The notes beneath the pieces were generated by a model. It saw nothing but the letters and a program-made list of their open reading frames with translations. It was not told the origin of the DNA and did not search any database. A stretch of DNA of 64,000 nt from Elusimicrobiota bacterium (lineage in GTDB: Bacteria > Elusimicrobiota > Elusimicrobia > F11). Positions 58,836 to 64,000 of this stretch are shown piece after piece. The stretch is from NCBI GenBank assembly GCA_044221725.1, contig JBGAON010000003.1, forward strand, positions 542,517 through 606,516. The letters are read 5' to 3'. A program made the translations under genes and the position numbers. The number at the start of each line of letters is the position of its first letter. Position 1 is the first letter of the stretch.

Positions 58836-59344
58836 TTAGTAGGGCGGTATTGAATCAAACCCTCGAATTGATCCCGGGGGAGTTCCATTGGGAAATATAA
58901 TTTCATCGCCTCCTCCTGATCGAATAATTTCTCCGAAACCATCCCGAAGCGGTTTTACCTGTTGGATGCCCGAGTTTGGAACCTTGGTCAAATCAACGCT
59001 TAAGATGTAACGAACATTTGGTGGTGAATCATATGCGTCCTTTATTGGAATCGCAAGCCTGGATTGTGCATCTCGACCCCGTTTAAAAAAATCAGGGGTA
59101 CCATGCCCTGGCTTATTTAATCCGTTCGTCAGCAGACCGAGCGCATTCTGTTTATATCCATGGTAACGTACGAATATCGATTTAGACTTTGTGGGTCGGC
59201 CGGGCCTGGTACCAAGGAATCTGGAGAGATAAAACGCCCGGTGGAAGCGGCGTAATAGCGCGCGTGAAGAGGTGCATTCAAAAATAGGAGCGATGCCAAC
59301 GAAAGTGCTGGTGCCTTCCGTAAAACTAACGAGATCGATTTCAT
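58836..59344 (-). pseudogene. Internally deleted, frameshifted signal-peptide + RHS-core mini toxin
   Basis: MKSISL...PLHA|RYY...GRFISPD...NRYSYV, then an out-of-frame junction near 59165 to YHGY...GGGDEIIFPNG...PPY*. Confidence 0.8.
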
Positions 59345-60477
59345 TTGCTTTTCGTCTCCGCGACGGCGGCAATCTTTTTCGGAGCTGTGCCTTTAATTTT
59401 TGCCAGCGCTTTCTTAACGGTTTGACTGATCGTGTAGCCCTCAGAGTCAAAAGCGAGAATGTTGTTGTATTGGCCGCTGGTGAAAAGAGGGTCTCGTGTC
59501 ATGTAGTCATAGAAAGTCAACTCAAAACCGGCAAACTTCTCGTAAATGTCCCACACCGCGTAATAGCCGCAAGTGACGAGAAGTATTTTCGCCAGTTCAT
59601 CTTCAGGCGGCACTTCGCCTGGTTGAATTTTTACGATGGATTTTTGTGCGACGTTGAGTGGCACGGAATGCGGAGACGCAGAAGGTATTGGGAAATGCGG
59701 TGTCGCCGTGCTTTTCAAAAATTCCAGAATCTTGGTTTCCTTCAGTGCAAAATTCACATTTTGTGGAATGGCTCCCGACTCTCTCATAACTCGGGCCGAA
59801 TTGATCGTTTGTTGAATCATTCCGAGAACCTGCCCATTTGAATTAAGCAGAGGGCCCCCACTGTTGCCGGGTTGAATGGCCGCCGCAACTTGAAAGAAAT
59901 CAGGATTGTCTTTCATACCGACGGTGGCACTAATTATTCCTTCCGAGAGACGCGGCTGGCTGCCAAGCATCGATGAAAGAGGATATCCAATCGTGTAAAC
60001 CTTCTCCCCCATTGATGGCGTGTTGTCACCATGAAACGCAAGCGGTTGAATGGGGGTGGTTGGTCTATCTCTTAGTTTTAGTACCGCAAGATCCAGCGCG
60101 GAGCTCGTGCTGATCACGTCGGCGTAATGTCTTCGCCCGTCGTACCAGACAGTGGCGAAGTTTGTTTCCTCCATAACATGAAGGGCCGTGAGAAGATAGC
60201 CCTCTTTACTGATAAAAAAGGCTGTTCCCTGCGAACTTTTGTAATTGGAACGCTTATCCATAACAACGGCAGGAACGCCATACGCCGCGAATTCATCGCG
60301 AACGCGTTGAACCGCATTTCTCGGGTCGGGATCAATTGGAATTAAAAAAACTTTGTCGTACCCGGTTAAGTTTCTTTTTTCGTCGATTACATTAATTCGC
60401 GTGCTCGCGCAGCCGACAAACGATACGCAAAGCAGGATGACTGAAATGAGGTGATTTCGTTTGAGTGGTAAGGGCAT
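59341..60477 (-). CDS. Lipoprotein trypsin-like (S1C) serine protease
   Basis: Lipobox FVGC, GTAFFIS, LTALHV, DLAVL, IQPGNSGGPL. Confidence 0.9.
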   Translation of the reverse strand: MPLPLKRNHLISVILLCVSFVGCASTRINVIDEKRNLTGYDKVFLIPIDPDPRNAVQRVRDEFAAYGVPAVVMDKRSNYKSSQGTAFFISKEGYLLTALHVMEETNFATVWYDGRRHYADVISTSSALDLAVLKLRDRPTTPIQPLAFHGDNTPSMGEKVYTIGYPLSSMLGSQPRLSEGIISATVGMKDNPDFFQVAAAIQPGNSGGPLLNSNGQVLGMIQQTINSARVMRESGAIPQNVNFALKETKILEFLKSTATPHFPIPSASPHSVPLNVAQKSIVKIQPGEVPPEDELAKILLVTCGYYAVWDIYEKFAGFELTFYDYMTRDPLFTSGQYNNILAFDSEGYTISQTVKKALAKIKGTAPKKIAAVAETKSK

Positions 60478-60530
60478 TCGGTCTCCTCGGAGCGGCTTAT
60501 GCCGCCAGAATCGTTTATTTAAGCGGGAAG

Positions 60531-60584
60531 AGTGTACAAACCGAATGTAAATTTAATGTAAACGGGCGGTAAAAGAATTGGAAA
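60531..60584 (-). promoter_or_regulatory. TTACA direct-repeat promoter box
   Basis: TTTCCA-N5-TTTACC-N5-TTTACA-N5-TTTACA-N9-TACACT. Confidence 0.8.
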
Positions 60585-60589
60585 AAATC

Positions 60590-61015
60590 TCAGACGCCAT
60601 CCCAGCAATGGCACACAGTAATATCTTTCAGAATGCCGTCTTTATTAAAAAGCCACGAGGCATCCACATTTGTTCCGCTGAGGAAAAAGTGTTTTGCCCA
60701 ACCGTAAGATGCAAAGCCCGTCGACAACCAGTAATCATGTAACTCGTAACGGACTGCGCCAGCCTTTTTGTCAGAATTTGAGGCGTCGACAACTTGTTGG
60801 CGGTCAAAGACTCCATCTTTACTCAATCGCCGATTAAATCTTTGAAGCATTATTTTTCTCACATCCGCCTCTTTCATTCCCACAGGCGTCTGTTCAAGGA
60901 GAAGGCTTCTTATTTCGTTATCTGACATTTTGATCGCGTCTTTTTCTGAAAGCAGAGAATGCGTTGAACATCCAAGCATGGAAAGGAAAATTAGGGGCAA
61001 AAAATATTTATTCAT
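60590..61015 (-). CDS. Lipoprotein immunity protein
   Basis: Start MNKYF with lipobox MLGC. Paralog of 63066-63530 (shared SYGWAKHFFL, VCHCWDGV). Confidence 0.8.
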   Translation of the reverse strand: MNKYFLPLIFLSMLGCSTHSLLSEKDAIKMSDNEIRSLLLEQTPVGMKEADVRKIMLQRFNRRLSKDGVFDRQQVVDASNSDKKAGAVRYELHDYWLSTGFASYGWAKHFFLSGTNVDASWLFNKDGILKDITVCHCWDGV

Positions 61016-61022
61016 TTGGCAT

Positions 61023-62141
61023 TTACCAGTGAAGAACGTCGTGCTGAGTATACGTATTGCAGCTTCCAGTGCACACGTTATATGGCCCGCGATCACCGTT
61101 CGTTGGGATTGGAATAGCATCAAATGAAATATCCAACGGCTGAAACCAAGAACCAAGTCGATGGCCGGAATCTTTTAACGAATTTCCATCTTCGAAAATA
61201 TGTTTCTGAACCATGCCGCGTCCCCGCACACTATCAAGTTCTTTACTCTCTCGGGTGTCCGCATTAATAAAGGCGGAGTGGCCAATGCCAAATACCGAGA
61301 GTCCCGCGCTGATTGTTCCTTTAAGGGCTGTTATCAGTCCAGGGTTGTGTCCTTCTCGAAGCCGCGCACCCATTAAGTATGTTCCGCTTGTTGGCGGTCC
61401 CTGAATCGCATTATAAGTGAGCTGCGTGCCATTTGAGACGGTGCTTTCCCAAAAAGAATCCCTCGCTGATCGGCGGGCGTCGGCTGGGCTGCCGCCCATC
61501 GCCATTGTGGAAACATAGGAACCCGCCATGCTACCCATCGGGTTCGCCATCCCTCCCGCGCCAGCACCGACATTATAAATACCCACGCTGCCAACGGCGC
61601 CGTTTACCAGACCGGCGATTTCGCCTTGCGCCATTCCTTGTCCCATGCCGTCCATTACATTTCCACCGTACATAGCGGCACCTAGCGCGCCACTGGTCAT
61701 TCCGCTGGCCATGCCGCCGATAATGGCGCCGCCAAATCCCATGCCTGCGGCGGCGTAACCCCATTGCCCGGCCGCTGACGCAGCGGCGGCAATCGCGGCG
61801 GCTTTGAAATCAAAATTGTCCCACGAGCTAGAGTTGAATGGCTGTCCGTGCGTTCCGGCCCACGCTGAAGCAATGATAATAGCCGCGACCCAAAATAAGT
61901 GGCCATCGGGATCATTCAGGACAAGCGGGTTATTCCGAACATAAGCATATCGATTTAAGGTTTGAGGATCGTCCGCGTTCGGAACGACGGTGTCAGCAGA
62001 GATAAATCTTCCCGTCGGGGCACTGTAATAGCGTGCGTGTAGGTTTGTTGTGGCGCTCAGGAACAGCGTTGCGGCAATCACGCACGATGTGAATTTGAAC
62101 GGAAATGCACCTGCGGGAAAATTTTTCTTCGACAAATCCAT
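61023..62141 (-). CDS. Signal-peptide + RHS-core mini toxin with permuted papain/NlpC-P60-like C-terminus
   Basis: RBS GAGGAG, MDLSKK...NLHA|RYY...GRFISAD...NNP...DPDG, Gly/Ala/Met-rich region, GHSAF...YNVCT.SCNTY. Confidence 0.85.
   Translation of the reverse strand: MDLSKKNFPAGAFPFKFTSCVIAATLFLSATTNLHARYYSAPTGRFISADTVVPNADDPQTLNRYAYVRNNPLVLNDPDGHLFWVAAIIIASAWAGTHGQPFNSSSWDNFDFKAAAIAAAASAAGQWGYAAAGMGFGGAIIGGMASGMTSGALGAAMYGGNVMDGMGQGMAQGEIAGLVNGAVGSVGIYNVGAGAGGMANPMGSMAGSYVSTMAMGGSPADARRSARDSFWESTVSNGTQLTYNAIQGPPTSGTYLMGARLREGHNPGLITALKGTISAGLSVFGIGHSAFINADTRESKELDSVRGRGMVQKHIFEDGNSLKDSGHRLGSWFQPLDISFDAIPIPTNGDRGPYNVCTGSCNTYTQHDVLHW
61350..61489. repeat. 140-bp exact repeat with 63861-64000
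   Basis: Identical by eye. The second copy runs off the window end. Confidence 0.9.
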
Positions 62142-62191
62142 TTGGACTCTCCTCGTTGTAACGTCCTGTATTGTGAACGGCAACGAGCGAA

Positions 62192-62245
62192 AGTCTAGCA
62201 ACCGAATGTAAATTTAATGTAAGCGGGCGGTAAAAGAATTGGAAA
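62192..62245 (-). promoter_or_regulatory. TTACA direct-repeat promoter box
   Basis: TTTCCA-N5-TTTACC-N5-CTTACA-N5-TTTACA-N9-TAGACT. Confidence 0.8.
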
Positions 62246-62254
62246 ATAAATTTA

Positions 62255-63064
62255 GAGGCAGTTGCGAAACGAGGCCTATTTTTCGTCGACAGATTCGTCA
62301 TTCCCGCGAAAGCGGGAATCCAGGCTTCACACTTTCATTTGAAGCAGATTCGCGTCGTATTTATCGTATTACTCTCGACGTTCCTTTGGTCGTTCTTCCG
62401 CTTGTTGTTTTCGAAATCGTTCGCCCTCTTCCTTCAGAAATTGTTCCTCTTGTTCGATCTCGCGATCCCGTTGGGCCCATTCCGCTTCTTTTCTTCGGAT
62501 GGCGCTCGCGTCCACAAATGATTCGAAGTGTTTGATGACCTTTCGAAGTTTCGCGTCGTCCACCATCTTCGTAAACATCTCCAGAATTCTCTTATCTCCC
62601 ATCGCCTTTCTTATTCGACAGAAAAACGTATGGTCTGGCGTGGATGATTCCATCGTGAATCCACAGAACCAACGGTAGAGAAAATTAAATCGGAGTTGTC
62701 GTTCCATCTGCCGATCAGAATGGTTCCCATAGAATTGCAAGAACAACGCCCGCAGCCCTGCTTCATAGCCGTACCCTTCTCGGCCCAAACATTTCTTCAT
62801 CTCGTCTCGGTCTTGTCCAATGCCGTCGACAAGCAAGCGCTCTTTGAATTTTCTTAAGACTTCATCTTCCGGTACCATTTTCTCTAAGTCGTAATGATTG
62901 AAAAACATTTGGGCCCTCCTCGCGCGGCGGCGCTCAAGTCCTTGGCGAATTTCCGATGCGAATAATCAGGTTCTCATAGAGGAAGATTACTGTTTTCTTA
63001 AGAAAGGTTTGAAACCTGGATTCCCGCTTTCACGGGAATGACGGCTCACTTTCGCAACAGTCTC
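62255..63064 (-). mobile_element. Truncated IS5/IS1182-like element with subterminal dRS3-like palindromes
   Basis: TIRs GAGGCAGTTGCGAAA / TTTCGCAACAGTCTC. ORF 62369-62908 has DUF772-like SDRQ.E......YRWFCG....PDH and VDAS but no full DDE domain. No TSD seen. Confidence 0.8.
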
Positions 63065-63065
63065 G

Positions 63066-63530
63066 TCATACCCCGTCCCAGCAATGACAGACAGAAATAT
63101 CTTTCAAGACTCCGTCTTTACTAAAGAGCCAAGAAGCGGAAACATAGTGTCCCGCGAGAAAAAAATGTTTTGCCCAACCGTAAGAAGCCAGGCCAGTTTC
63201 CATATAGTAATCGCCTAGCTCAATTTTAATGGGCGATTTTCTATTTACATCCTCGACAATGCTTTGTCGATCATATGTAGATTCCTTCCTAAGAGAACAA
63301 TTGAATTTTTCTTTGAGGATTCGTTTTACTGTTGATTGTTTCGTACCAAGCGGGATGCTCTTCAGAAAGACAGTTTTGATCTCCTCGTCGGTCATCTTTA
63401 TGTAGTCGCTGTCTCTCAACATTCCTTTATGCTGACAACACGAGAAACTTAGGCATATCGCGAAAAAATAGAGCGTTACGCCGGTGAACCTCGTAAAAGA
63501 AAATAAAATTCGTAGTTTGGTGGAAGTCAT
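63066..63530 (-). CDS. Lipoprotein-like immunity protein, paralog of 60590-61015
   Basis: Hydrophobic N-terminus ending FSCC, shared C-terminal motifs. Confidence 0.8.
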   Translation of the reverse strand: MTSTKLRILFSFTRFTGVTLYFFAICLSFSCCQHKGMLRDSDYIKMTDEEIKTVFLKSIPLGTKQSTVKRILKEKFNCSLRKESTYDRQSIVEDVNRKSPIKIELGDYYMETGLASYGWAKHFFLAGHYVSASWLFSKDGVLKDISVCHCWDGV

Positions 63531-64000
63531 CTATTTTCCAAGGGAATCATGCCACGTGTACGTATTGCAACTGGCCGTGCAGACATTGTAGGGCCCCCTG
63601 TCTCCGCCAGCAGGCATCCGAATGGAGTCGAACGAGACATCGAGAGGTTGAAACCAGCCTCCAAATCGTCGAGCGGAATATCGAAAAGAATTGTCTTTAT
63701 CCATGCGAGAATATTCTCTGACCTTTCCTCTACCGTCCACATCATTGAGTTCCTTTGTTCTTCCATTATCCGCATTTACGAACGCAGAATGTCCCATCCC
63801 AAGTATGGAAAGGCCTGCAGATATGGTTCCTTTCAGAGCGGTAATCACTCCAGACTCACTTCCTTCTCGAAGCCGCGCACCCATTAAGTATGTTCCGCTT
63901 GTTGGCGGTCCCTGAATCGCATTATAAGTGAGCTGCGTGCCATTTGAGACGGTGCTTTCCCAAAAAGAATCCCTCGCTGATCGGCGGGCGTCGGCTGGGC
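63531..64000 (-). CDS. C-terminal part of a toxin paralogous to 61023-62141 (5' end outside window)
   Basis: Frame is open to the window edge. GHSAF...YNVCTASCNTY. Confidence 0.85.
   Translation of the reverse strand, partial: PADARRSARDSFWESTVSNGTQLTYNAIQGPPTSGTYLMGARLREGSESGVITALKGTISAGLSILGMGHSAFVNADNGRTKELNDVDGRGKVREYSRMDKDNSFRYSARRFGGWFQPLDVSFDSIRMPAGGDRGPYNVCTASCNTYTWHDSLGK

Noticed and set aside
58836..59450. 204-aa ORF as a real gene
   Set aside because: Its N-terminal half is an alternate frame of the protease and mini-RHS signal region. Only the part after about 59167 is the genuine toxin tip.
36870..62245. TTACA repeats as a CRISPR array or integron attC sites delimiting cassettes
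   Set aside because: Short direct repeats spaced kilobases apart, with no spacers, no attC-type inverted structure, and no cas or integrase gene. Fixed spacing to -10 hexamers fits promoters better.
61350..64000. Diversity-generating retroelement template/variable repeat pair
   Set aside because: The repeat is exact rather than adenine-specifically mutated, and no reverse transcriptase is in the window
1..64000. tRNA or rRNA genes
   Set aside because: No cloverleaf or rRNA-like segment recognised, and intergenic gaps are short. Not verified with tRNAscan or Infernal.

Overview
Bacterial chromosomal window from a diderm organism; gene content is reminiscent of Elusimicrobiota, but that assignment is inference only. 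1-28 kb is core genome: panB-panC, aspS, phoH-HD-ybeY-[Xre/RES toxin-antitoxin]-recO-glyQS-coaX, korAB-sucCD, an FTR1 permease, an adenylate cyclase, OMPs and a response regulator. 28-36 kb is a compact type II secretion (gsp) operon with very small minor pseudopilins. 36-64 kb is a convergent minus-strand polymorphic-toxin island. It holds a 2457-aa Sec-signal SpvB/FG-GAP/YD (RHS) toxin with a nested LamG/Ig insertion, a tail-collar fibre protein, an autotransporter, a 7TM histidine kinase, accessory proteases, arrays of orphan immunity genes preceded by toxin-tail remnants, one IS3 element and two decayed IS5/IS1182-like elements. Most notable: (i) three 'shell-less' RHS toxin genes in which unrelated Sec signal peptides are fused exactly at the A|RYY motif of the RHS autoprotease core; (ii) an 11-bp-period (C/T)TTACA direct-repeat box upstream of both the T2SS operon and nearly every transcription unit of the island. 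Together these suggest a co-regulated, T2SS-linked antagonism system. All family calls come from motif recognition by eye; no database searches were run.
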